From a virus (Duplodnaviria > Caudoviricetes): a stretch of DNA of 27,685 nucleotides. Shown in pieces: positions 19,201 to 25,921 of this stretch. Within the stretch, counting starts at the first letter, position 1. Every line of letters begins with the position of its first letter. The notes under the pieces were generated by a model that saw only the letters and a list, made by a program, of their open reading frames with translations, did not search any database and was not told the DNA's origin. The stretch covers positions 1-27,685 of IMG/VR virus record IMGVR_UViG_3300032281_000351. One strand, given 5' to 3'. The translations under genes were made by a program, and so were the position numbers.

Positions 19201-22200
19201 AAATGTTTTTCCATTTGGACCTTCATACAATCCGCCTACGCCAGGAACATCAAAACTATAGCCAGTTGTTGGGGCAACTAGTTTTCCAAAATTGGTTGGC
19301 GATAATTGAGCAGACTTTGTTTGTGCTGTACGGTCTGCTATTTCTTTTAGTCTTCTTTGGTCTTGTTGGCTAAATCTATTTCTAGGATCGGCTTCTGCAC
19401 TTCTTTCAAGAATAACTTGCTTATCACTTGGGTTAAGGTCTGCAAATGATCTTAAGCCTTTTTCGGAATAACCTCCTACTCCTTCTTTGGCTCTCCATTC
19501 TAGACCAGCATCAACAAGATGTGCTTGATATAATTTGTCTTTTTTAACTCTTCTGCTTTTGTCTAATGCTATATCGTGTTGTGCTATCCTTCTAAATGTA
19601 TCTAGTTGTGCTGCATTTACTGGATGCTTGCCATCAACAAAACCTTTTAGGTGATCTCTGTTAATACCAGGTGGGCCACCAATCTTTCCTAGTTCGGCAT
19701 CTGATAATTTTAATAAATTTTTGCCAAGATCACCCTCTACAGTATTCATGTATTGATTTATGTATCCTGCATCTGGTGCAACATTTACTACTCTCCACCT
19801 TTTAACACCGTCAACAACATCTTTTGTAAGGTGTGCTTTCTTAGTTTTAAAAGCGTCGTCTGCTTGGGATGCACTAAGCGGTGGAAGACCACGATCCTTT
19901 AATGCTTTTTGTAGTGCCTCTTTTTCTTCAAGAATGACTTTTGCATTTTTTGCTTCATATTCTTGTGTTAGTCTACGAATAAGTGGAGATTTGTTAGAAG
20001 CATTTTTTCTTTGAATAGATCTTCTAATTTGACTTGCACTAAGTTCTTTACCCTCTTGAGATCTATATCTCATAACATCGGATAGTCGGTCTCGTGTAAA
20101 TGTTTTTCCTGTTTTTGAATCTGTCAGAGTTCCGTCTTCATTGTATATAAGTTGGGCTAAGAAATCTTTTACACTCTTTGCCTTTCTTGCAGTTTGTGTA
20201 TTATATTCTTGTCCATCAAAAGTTACAAATGTTGTTCCAGTATTAAATCCCTGGACTTTTTGACCTGCAACCATTCTAGCAATTATTGGTTTATTTGCTG
20301 GATCTTGTGCAGCACCTGCTGGAATAACTGCTTCTCCAGGAGTAAGCATAGCAGGAACAGTGTCTTCATTTCCTCTTCCTGGAACTCTTGTAACTCCTGT
20401 TGCAAATTTGCTACTTTGTGGAGGACCCTTCATTTTACCAGCCCTGCCAACTGGTCCAGTAAATCCTAGTTGTGCTGAGATTGCATTTCTATATGCCAAG
20501 GCCAATGCATTTACTGCTGAGGTTTCAGATGTAAAGGTTTGCTTAAGTCTTTGGTGAACTTGATCAAGAGATGCTGCTACTGCAGAGGCTTCTAGTTGCT
20601 GCTGACTCAAATAGTCTGTTTGTTGTCCAAGAGTATTGGTTGAAGATCCAAATTTGTTAAACCCAGACCTCAATGTTGCAAATAGTTTAATTATATTCGC
20701 AACACCGTTAGCGAGCAAACCAAATGTCATAAGTGCTAGTGGACCAACTGCACCAAGAACAACTGTCATAATAGTTAAAAACTTTTTACTTCCGTCACCC
20801 AAACCATTAAACTTTTCTAAAACTTTGCCTACAAACTCAACAATAGGAGTTAGGGCTTTTAAGAACTGCTCTCCTACTGGAGCAAGACTTACCTTTAAAT
20901 CTTCTATTGACTTTTTAAACTTGTATGTAGTTGACTCTTCTACTCTTGACAATTCTCGCTCAGACAAGATTGCTAGTTCTTCAGTTGTTGCTTGTGCAAG
21001 TTTTAGAACTCTGGATGCTTGAGTTCCTTCCTTTGTTACGTTTTGGAACAAAGTAGATAGTCTTGAAAACTGGAACTTTCCAAACAGTTGTTCAATTGCT
21101 CGTGCACGGTTAAGGGGATCTAGTGTATCTAGCGCTTTTGAAAAGGATACTACTGTTGATGTGACATCTCCAGCATTGGCTTCTACGATACCCTTGATAT
21201 TTATACCAAGTCCCATAAGCATCTTTGATGCTTTCTCAGACGGATTAATCAAAGAAGCAAGGCCAGACTTTAGTGCGTTAGCACCTTCTGATGCGTTGAT
21301 TCCACCTTCCTTCATTGCTGTTAGGAAGAATGCAAGATCTTCTACATCTCCACCAAGTTGCTGAACAACTGGTCCAGCCTTTGGAATTGCAATTGTTAAA
21401 TCTTCAATAGAGACAACAGTTTGGTTTTCAACTGCGTTAAGGAAGTCAATTTTATTTGCTAGGTCTTCTGTTGCAACACCAAATGCATTAGTTACGGAGA
21501 TAGTTGTTTCAAGCGCTTGCTCTTGTTCAACTCCACCAAGCACAGCAAGTCTAGTTGCTTCTGAAACTTGAGCAAGCAGGTCTGCACCCATCTTGCCCAT
21601 TGCTGCTGCATTAGCAGCCATCTCCATGGTTTTTTCTACTGCAACGCCATACTTTGTATACTCTTTTGCAAGCAACTGAATATTTTTAACCATCTTATCA
21701 GTTTCATCTTGCGTTGTAAACATTTCTCCGTATACACGCTTAAATCTAATAGCCTGTTCTTCTAGTGCCATAAATGTTTTTGCTGCTTGTGTTCCAAGCA
21801 TTACAAGAGGGACTGTAAAACCAACCATCAACTGGCGACCTGCCCACTGAGTATTCTTACCAAAGTTTAGCAGGTTGGTTGATCCTTGCTTTAGTAACTG
21901 ATTAAGTAGTTGCTGTCTTTGCGCTGCTATGGCTGTTTGAGTACCCAGATTTTTCATATCTAGGGTTAAAGGTCTTACAGCAATTGATTGAAGAGCGCCG
22001 TTAGCGCCACGACCCATCTTAATATACTGGGTTTGTAAATCCTTTACACGCTCTCGTGCTACTTTGTTAAGGGTCTCGAATTCAGACCTAAACAGTCTGC
22101 CAAAAGTTTTTGTTGCTGCTCCAGTATATCTGAAGTACTCTCTGGATGTTAATTTATTTTTTTCTAATGACTGAGTAAATGCTTCTGTACTGGTAGTTAC

Positions 22201-22407
22201 TGTTCGCATAGATGCCTGGAATTTTCCAGTAGCATTTATGCTGTTCATCAAGTTCTGTGCTTGATTTGCTGCCACCGCAGATGCTGCAGTGCCAGACTTT
22301 GCCATTTGTGTATGGAAGGCTGATATTTGACGTTGTAGAAGTTTTAGACTTGCTAAAGCATCAGACGTATCAATATTTACATGAATATTGGATTGAACAT
22401 CAGCCAT
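13273..22407 (-). CDS. tape measure protein, 3044 aa, with embedded extra domains
   Basis: TP901-type TMP core (AVENQTVVSIEDL...GGINASEGANALKSGLASL), long Ala/Lys/Gln helical tracts, hydrophobic segments and a C-terminal PAMLTPGEFV motif. Lies between the chaperones and the Dit-like gene. GAGGTG RBS. Confidence 0.95.
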   Translation of the reverse strand: MADVQSNIHVNIDTSDALASLKLLQRQISAFHTQMAKSGTAASAVAANQAQNLMNSINATGKFQASMRTVTTSTEAFTQSLEKNKLTSREYFRYTGAATKTFGRLFRSEFETLNKVARERVKDLQTQYIKMGRGANGALQSIAVRPLTLDMKNLGTQTAIAAQRQQLLNQLLKQGSTNLLNFGKNTQWAGRQLMVGFTVPLVMLGTQAAKTFMALEEQAIRFKRVYGEMFTTQDETDKMVKNIQLLAKEYTKYGVAVEKTMEMAANAAAMGKMGADLLAQVSEATRLAVLGGVEQEQALETTISVTNAFGVATEDLANKIDFLNAVENQTVVSIEDLTIAIPKAGPVVQQLGGDVEDLAFFLTAMKEGGINASEGANALKSGLASLINPSEKASKMLMGLGINIKGIVEANAGDVTSTVVSFSKALDTLDPLNRARAIEQLFGKFQFSRLSTLFQNVTKEGTQASRVLKLAQATTEELAILSERELSRVEESTTYKFKKSIEDLKVSLAPVGEQFLKALTPIVEFVGKVLEKFNGLGDGSKKFLTIMTVVLGAVGPLALMTFGLLANGVANIIKLFATLRSGFNKFGSSTNTLGQQTDYLSQQQLEASAVAASLDQVHQRLKQTFTSETSAVNALALAYRNAISAQLGFTGPVGRAGKMKGPPQSSKFATGVTRVPGRGNEDTVPAMLTPGEAVIPAGAAQDPANKPIIARMVAGQKVQGFNTGTTFVTFDGQEYNTQTARKAKSVKDFLAQLIYNEDGTLTDSKTGKTFTRDRLSDVMRYRSQEGKELSASQIRRSIQRKNASNKSPLIRRLTQEYEAKNAKVILEEKEALQKALKDRGLPPLSASQADDAFKTKKAHLTKDVVDGVKRWRVVNVAPDAGYINQYMNTVEGDLGKNLLKLSDAELGKIGGPPGINRDHLKGFVDGKHPVNAAQLDTFRRIAQHDIALDKSRRVKKDKLYQAHLVDAGLEWRAKEGVGGYSEKGLRSFADLNPSDKQVILERSAEADPRNRFSQQDQRRLKEIADRTAQTKSAQLSPTNFGKLVAPTTGYSFDVPGVGGLYEGPNGKTFVKPMMSELDALAEKRATDFAREVHGLDTPEQKISTMIDPSDPEGKRKIIVLESKYNENFDEKKMSKTFTRDQYFRQLVASAVRGDKDLKMGNLGGNRLTDVGTAGVFDRATSTGKKGIRELAKNMPSMYEMAERNLQGVTGSQAKNSPNWFANETQKNINKPNYTADKYDADMKKEIRRIQANTEAFVQKIPVGDPLRGAYLDLLRRVNEGAAVKDWRPLYDKHMSIAVKPNEVVVDEDGKITKPKTQRRKSGTKTKSAKDTRTMRKEKAQSVRQVSRIPGKSDAETILHPSVQRKLEKEAAEAQAKAARDEANRPRAQANALSTYGTVAPTASQRSIRRKNERLQTQGKPLIGLTKELAAPVSVFRKVLDRATDSVKKQTVASKALEKVRVLNQKKADKAAAKSAKTTGSAKPRMNIGGAAMGVSGVAMMGSMIPGKVGEMFQKLMMPLMGLSMIIPMLGSVTGALTVAAMAAVGAIIKLRMEFDKAQNEAIKLEKTMGSGKDAMRDYSKFAGTVTAGEIMERRSKEKFNLLGAKTGKTTFGESFVQSKGGKELLASTNSKLKSGDAKGATADLTNQLMSSVLSGALTGDQAKSIALNLGKQIGNYGLGFAVTANINEIIGPNGENLTKDPLKIRVDLINEKSKQSGDVFNQMQGKSGFLNGAGLFGAINPNVNVGGQAAAGAGVGAGVGAAVGGVIGSIVPGPGTAAGAGVGAIVGTGIGGTLGAISGYRSSQEANKRAAGMSGAVVASQVGQLEQQQEMVDSLDLYYQKKLKELEVEGKIAEMKEMQKDYDDDRLALVQKGAEISKTIMANYGSTKGNVRSAMDTGIDKMLTQRYEGTDEVQYLDAAKMLVAESGLTAEQQYLIKVKMSTGELTPSQQVFLFSNFGDNKEVKQQYMDIITRFSARTSDETTRVMSMFTNSDGSPNTKMQTEFIAKVSKAKTDEEASKLVGFFAEVANTNGVFDMTAVLNYYMANPKVAEKTQGIIDNIEKNKGKLELDVMTNFLPENVMGAIDLEYFKNLSQPERLTYLKEIATIVNIPDPVIQASPDFLNWQKDGANYNGVSFAGKPIAEQIAAYRQFQPWKVSEESKAQAAALAKTNTSGTGTKVQSSPLDDLVKKLRDLRQNQIKVTEGWSASRKVLDNLFGGKKTIDVFSGIENDLRGLGASENMIELIVGMDPKEYEKKKNSLFKFDNKGNIVALKRDAQNIQEALNSITMGQWNTDMESQLKTIENQSLAFDKLAKVGVPVADAYELISDKALAAAIANGTNEKTLNKLIAKYKVLNVVTAKAAAVQNVKTDVAQFKKDRVQEARIKKKYATNPIVSFAISSDDNLAALEIQQAAAEAKIAKLRKKGAPESEINAAMEDLKKITADFDERLGQLLSTISLFEDAYNEVYSKVQESFDVQEKGFELKFRANTDQLNKDIEKAQNEIADKEYLIDDKEAALKAIEDQEQKINDKYDERIEALDQVEKANAAINQQQKGQLTLAEALTSGDIAAAARAAQEMRAQAAADALVKERDALEKSRENELSRVEGFDKQGKTDPKLGAFKTRKQLEEEIKNKQDEIFEIEENRIEPNQEDIRLQEVKLKAQIDGIKVGELTRAQWEAINQEVDEARIGQQEFTDAMKNALTYYKDLISLYQGKTVLPEYQSPVDGASQTPTPTPTPTPTPKPKPDPNPKPDPKPDPSPCPPGMVMGLNDKCVPAPSYTDKDKDGTPDVIQAPKTQCPPGMKMNGEGKCVRDTDIFPDLFPKPGPKPCPPGMVMGKNDKCIPATPSFKDDDKNGIPDLIQAPKTTCPAGMKMNGEGKCVRDTNIFPDLIPKPNPKPIIDVDKNGIPDLIQDPNLSTKKKTLVPGTGVYQGSTFIPPKYVYKSKGGIIPKMFALGGFAKGTDTIPAMLTPGEFVMSKYAVDSYGVDNMKKINNGDSLGGTVYNNTYTLTVNAKTDANPNEIAQAVMSTIKKVDDRRIRGVSLNGR
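13672..14130 (-). repeat. in-frame tandem repeat (two units of 204 and 207 nt plus a partial third) encoding CPxG...KC and D-x-D-x-[DN]-G-x-P-D motifs
   Basis: Unit starts (CPPGMVMG) at 14130 and 13926. Similarity is visible at both the DNA and protein levels. Confidence 0.92.
14131..14220 (-). repeat. Pro-rich low-complexity linker, (TP)6 followed by KPDP-like repeats
   Basis: TPTPTPTPTPTPKPKPDPNPKPDPKPDPSP. Confidence 0.9.
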
Positions 22408-22425
22408 CCATTAACACCTCTTTAT

Positions 22426-22749
22426 TTAGTTATTTGCAAGGCTGCCGAGTAATGATGCGTCAGAAAGTTTAATTCCTGATGCCTCTTCGACAATCTTGTA
22501 TACTGTTGGAAGATCTAGATTTTCTTCTAGGGCTTCCTTGTCTTCTGCCAATTCTGGCTTGTATTGTTTCATTGCAATCATTACGCAATCAATAAGTAAA
22601 TCCATTGACTTTTCGTTATCTTCTGCTACCTTTGCGATATCTTCAAACTTCTTCATAAATGGACGAAGTAGTGATATCTTAAGTGGTCTTACCTTGATCT
22701 TTGTTCCATCGATCAGTGTGACTGTTTTTTCTTCAGTGGCGGTTGCCAT
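22426..22749 (-). CDS. tail assembly chaperone, short form (gpG-like)
   Basis: Directly upstream of the TMP, strong AGGAGG RBS at 22755-22760, and paralogous to the N-terminal half of the 22805-23485 protein. Confidence 0.75.
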   Translation of the reverse strand: MATATEEKTVTLIDGTKIKVRPLKISLLRPFMKKFEDIAKVAEDNEKSMDLLIDCVMIAMKQYKPELAEDKEALEENLDLPTVYKIVEEASGIKLSDASLLGSLANN

Positions 22750-22775
22750 TTATTCCTCCTTATAAGGTTTAGTCA

Positions 22776-22784
22776 ATTATACCA
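22776..22784 (-). promoter_or_regulatory. extended -10 promoter TGGTATAAT
   Basis: Perfect consensus in the intergenic gap upstream of the AGGAGG RBS. Confidence 0.65.
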
Positions 22785-22804
22785 TAGCGCAGGCTTATTT
22801 TTGG

Positions 22805-23485
22805 CTAATCATAAGTTTCATAATCAAGGCCATGTCCTATTCCAAAACCAGCCCTTTCAGCATTTGAGCCTTGTAAAGCCAGAATGTCATTTGCATCTCC
22901 TGTTGCTCCCTTGCTAAACACTCTAGCCTTCATGTCTTCCCACTCATTACCGCTACCAGAGTTTTTGTCTAAGTCTACACCCTGCATTGCAGCAGAAAAC
23001 TTTTTATCACTATAGTCTAATTCTCTTTTTATTTTAATCGTTGCAGTCAATTCTGGCATTGATAAATACTGTTCTAGTTCGTCATAGTCTTTCCATATTC
23101 CAATAAGGAATGCTTCTGCCTCTAGTTTTGCAAGGTCGAGTGTTTCCCAGGATGATCCACTGTCAACTGCTTGATCTTTAACAGGATCTTCTGACTTTTC
23201 ATTAATTTTAATTCCCGCTGCAACATCAATTACATCATAGATAGTTGGCAAATCTAGATTATCTTCTAAGTCTTCTATTGTTTTTATAGATGGGCAATAT
23301 TGTTGCATTGCAATAAGAGCGCAGTGAGCCAAGACAGATATTGATTCGTCGTCAGTCTTTGCTTCCTTGATTGTTTCAAAGGTATCTAGAAATTCTCTAA
23401 GGTATTTTATCTTTAGTGGGGCAGCAAAAATAACCCTATCATCTACTAATGATATTTTTTTTGTGTCATATATTTTTGTTGCCAT
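22805..23485 (-). CDS. tail assembly chaperone, long form (gpGT-like)
   Basis: Follows the major tail gene. The start is reassigned to the ATG at 23483-23485 (MATKIY) because the track start at 23515 lies inside a terminator hairpin and the paralogue also begins MAT. Confidence 0.75.
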   Translation of the reverse strand: MATKIYDTKKISLVDDRVIFAAPLKIKYLREFLDTFETIKEAKTDDESISVLAHCALIAMQQYCPSIKTIEDLEDNLDLPTIYDVIDVAAGIKINEKSEDPVKDQAVDSGSSWETLDLAKLEAEAFLIGIWKDYDELEQYLSMPELTATIKIKRELDYSDKKFSAAMQGVDLDKNSGSGNEWEDMKARVFSKGATGDANDILALQGSNAERAGFGIGHGLDYETYD

Positions 23486-23491
23486 TATACA

Positions 23492-23500
23492 AGTATACCA
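23492..23500 (-). promoter_or_regulatory. extended -10 promoter TGGTATACT, leaderless geometry
   Basis: TGnTATACT, then 6 nt, then ATG, with no Shine-Dalgarno sequence. Confidence 0.55.
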
Positions 23501-23504
23501 AACA

Positions 23505-23536
23505 GAAAGGCCCAACCCCGAAGGATTGAGCCTCTC
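23505..23536 (-). terminator. intrinsic terminator-like hairpin after the major tail gene
   Basis: GAGAGGCTCAATCC-TTCG-GGGTTGGGCCTTTC forms a 14-bp stem with 3 G-U pairs and a C(UUCG)G tetraloop, followed by TGTTT. The wobble pairs form only on the minus-strand transcript. Confidence 0.85.
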
Positions 23537-23549
23537 ATATTAAGTTGTA

Positions 23550-24209
23550 TTATGCTCCTGGTGCTGCGAGTGTGCGGTCTACGATCTTACCGTATGACGC
23601 ATTGTCGTTTGGAAGAAGACGGAATGAAACTTCAAACATTGAAGCCTCGTCACGCTTTGCAGATACTGTTACATTCTCAATTGAGAGTGCACGGTATGCC
23701 ACGTAGATTCTTTCCTTTGCAACTGCTGCAGAACCAGATCCTGGTCCTACTGCTACAATACCACGCTCTAGTGGAACGTCGCCGATATCTCCTGCAGACA
23801 TTCTTAGTGTCGATAGGTTAGATCCTGTTGCGATTTCCTCATTTGATGCAATTGCTACTAGAAGATTTTCTAGTGTTGCCTCTGCAAAAGATGTATTTAG
23901 ATTAACTGTCATTCCTTGCTTGAATAAACGAGCAACGTCAAGAAGTTGATCTACTGCTACATCACCAAAGTCTGGCTGGAATGCGAGTTCCAAACCATTT
24001 GATGTGTAACCGATGTTTGTGAAATCATTGTCATTTGACAAAGTTTCCTTATATGATGTTGCGGATGCTGTCATTGCTGGAAGATCTGTTGCTGCTTGAG
24101 CGTCAGTGATATTTCCTGTTGCGTCTACATATCCAATTGGGCCATCATGCGTAAATAGTGCTGCTGCACCTACGATAATGTTACTACTTGAACCACGGCT
24201 GTATGCCAT
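23550..24209 (-). CDS. major tail (tube) protein
   Basis: NIIVGAAALF, IGYTSNGLEL, VAVDQL, FAEATLENL and FEVSFRLLP follow the siphoviral tube pattern. Start ATG at 24207-24209 after GAGGTG. Has its own promoter and terminator. Confidence 0.88.
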   Translation of the reverse strand: MAYSRGSSSNIIVGAAALFTHDGPIGYVDATGNITDAQAATDLPAMTASATSYKETLSNDNDFTNIGYTSNGLELAFQPDFGDVAVDQLLDVARLFKQGMTVNLNTSFAEATLENLLVAIASNEEIATGSNLSTLRMSAGDIGDVPLERGIVAVGPGSGSAAVAKERIYVAYRALSIENVTVSAKRDEASMFEVSFRLLPNDNASYGKIVDRTLAAPGA

Positions 24210-24257
24210 ATATTTCACCTCTTTCATTTTATTAAAAGGGCTTGTTTCCTCACCTTA

Positions 24258-24266
24258 ATTATAACA
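24258..24266 (-). promoter_or_regulatory. extended -10 promoter TGTTATAAT for the major tail gene
   Basis: Perfect consensus in the intergenic region. Confidence 0.65.
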
Positions 24267-24273
24267 CCATTTA

Positions 24274-24801
24274 TTAAGGGTTTAATAAGTCTGGCCATAC
24301 AGGATGCCAGTCGTAGTCTATGATGATTTTATTCCCCGCATATGTACGGGCTGTGGCAAAGTCTACAATATCTCTGGTTTCTTCTAACTGATATATTTTA
24401 AAGTTGTGAAAGTATAGTTCTTTAGACTCTGCGTTCCAGGCATTTGGGTTTGCTGCTGCCCAGGCATTAAGGTCTTGTGCTGAGTCGTCTCCATTATCAA
24501 GAAGTTCACTTACCTGTTGCTGAGTTATGACCATGTTTTTTTGTGCGTCGTCTCCGACTGAATAAAAGTAGTACAGAAGTTGCTCACACTTGATATATGG
24601 GAATGGAGTTCTTCTCATTTTAAACATTCTATCGTATACCCCAAATACCCCATTACTTTGTGGAAATGTTTCAGTTAGTGCATCAATTTCTGTTGGCAGT
24701 GTTGGGAAGAAATATGTTGTTCCTTGAGCATTAAATGCAGGATCTATTTTTGCTGCTAAGTACGCATTAATAATTGTAGGTGGATGATGAATTGTAGCCA
24801 T
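24274..24801 (-). CDS. putative tail terminator protein
   Basis: 175 aa, immediately upstream of the major tail gene. Called by synteny. Confidence 0.6.
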   Translation of the reverse strand: MATIHHPPTIINAYLAAKIDPAFNAQGTTYFFPTLPTEIDALTETFPQSNGVFGVYDRMFKMRRTPFPYIKCEQLLYYFYSVGDDAQKNMVITQQQVSELLDNGDDSAQDLNAWAAANPNAWNAESKELYFHNFKIYQLEETRDIVDFATARTYAGNKIIIDYDWHPVWPDLLNP

Positions 24802-25475
24802 TATGCACCTAACCCTGCGTTAGCAATCCAGCGATATCCTGTTGAAAGGCCTTTAGCCTTGCCAATTCTTTTACCTGATGGCATATCTTTTTTATATACC
24901 TGTGGGTTCTCAAGATATTTTGCTATTCCGCTTGTTCTTAAAAATGCTTGTGAAAAATATCTATTAAAGAACATGTCAAAAGTTTTTTCAAAACCACCCT
25001 CAACTTGTGTTCCTCCAGGATTTAAAACTTCAACTGGGCCACGAGTAAAGACTGTTTCTCCATTATCATCAAATGCCAAAACTTGTGCAGCCCTAGGTCT
25101 AATTGTAACTGGAATACCATTCTCCATAATCCTGGCCTTGTCATAAAAAGGTGTTCGTGATCCAGCCTTGATTGATCTTGACTGACTAAAAGATGATTTA
25201 AAAGATAATCCTAAGTTGCTTACTGTGTAAGATATGTCATAAAGTCTGGCCTCTGGGCTTCCAGTTAAACTCCATTCGTATATGTGATGAAGCATCTCTG
25301 GATTTACTCTTGCATTTGAGTCTATAAATTCTTTCATTACCTCAACGGTTTCCATTCCCATAGTTTTTAAAAATACTGTTTTGCCTTTTTGTACTCCATC
25401 TAAAAACCCAATAGAGTAGTTAACAATATTGTTCATATCTTTTTTAAATTGCTTTGAATTAAATGTTGTTATCAT
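24801..25475 (-). CDS. putative neck or tail-completion protein
   Basis: 224 aa between the head-closure and terminator genes. ARIMENG...IRPRAAQVLAF segment as in HK97 gp10-like proteins. Confidence 0.55.
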   Translation of the reverse strand: MITTFNSKQFKKDMNNIVNYSIGFLDGVQKGKTVFLKTMGMETVEVMKEFIDSNARVNPEMLHHIYEWSLTGSPEARLYDISYTVSNLGLSFKSSFSQSRSIKAGSRTPFYDKARIMENGIPVTIRPRAAQVLAFDDNGETVFTRGPVEVLNPGGTQVEGGFEKTFDMFFNRYFSQAFLRTSGIAKYLENPQVYKKDMPSGKRIGKAKGLSTGYRWIANAGLGA

Positions 25476-25921
25476 ACATCACCCGACTGATTCTCTGATC
25501 TTCTTATTACCAACTTATAAGATTCAACAGTTCCAAACGGCCCTGTAAATGGCTCATAGGTTGCTAACTCAAAAAGAGTACCCTTGCCAGATCTAGGTCC
25601 TGATGTTTCCATATAAATCAAGTTTCCTTCTTGATCTTTAATGTCTGTAATTAGTATATTTGTTAATGCATTTTTACTATCTAGTAAAGAAATTCTTATA
25701 TCAGATTTTACTCTTCCAACCAATATTGAGTTTTGAGTTATGTTTACATTTGGCTTTACTTCTTCTTTAAATGCTGAACCGCCAGAAGAAAAACTGCAAG
25801 CAAAAACTCTATCAAGAACCCATTGCTTTTTTATTGCTCCAAAATCACCCTGCTTAATTATTGGATGGTAAACAGATGCTTGCATTGGAAACATAAAATC
25901 TGGGGTTTCGCAAACTGTCAT
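25472..25921 (-). CDS. putative head closure (stopper) protein
   Basis: 149 aa, beta-rich, QGDFGAIKKQW hairpin, follows the adaptor gene. Confidence 0.6.
   Translation of the reverse strand: MTVCETPDFMFPMQASVYHPIIKQGDFGAIKKQWVLDRVFACSFSSGGSAFKEEVKPNVNITQNSILVGRVKSDIRISLLDSKNALTNILITDIKDQEGNLIYMETSGPRSGKGTLFELATYEPFTGPFGTVESYKLVIRRSENQSGDV

Noticed and set aside
18510-20230. TMP insertion considered as an intein or intron-encoded homing endonuclease
   Set aside because: No Cys/Ser-start and His-Asn-end splice motifs or LAGLIDADG motifs were seen, and the reading frame is uninterrupted.
22426-23515. Programmed ribosomal frameshift between the chaperone ORFs
   Set aside because: The ORFs do not overlap. 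A 55-nt gap separates them and holds a promoter and RBS, and they are paralogues rather than G and T halves.
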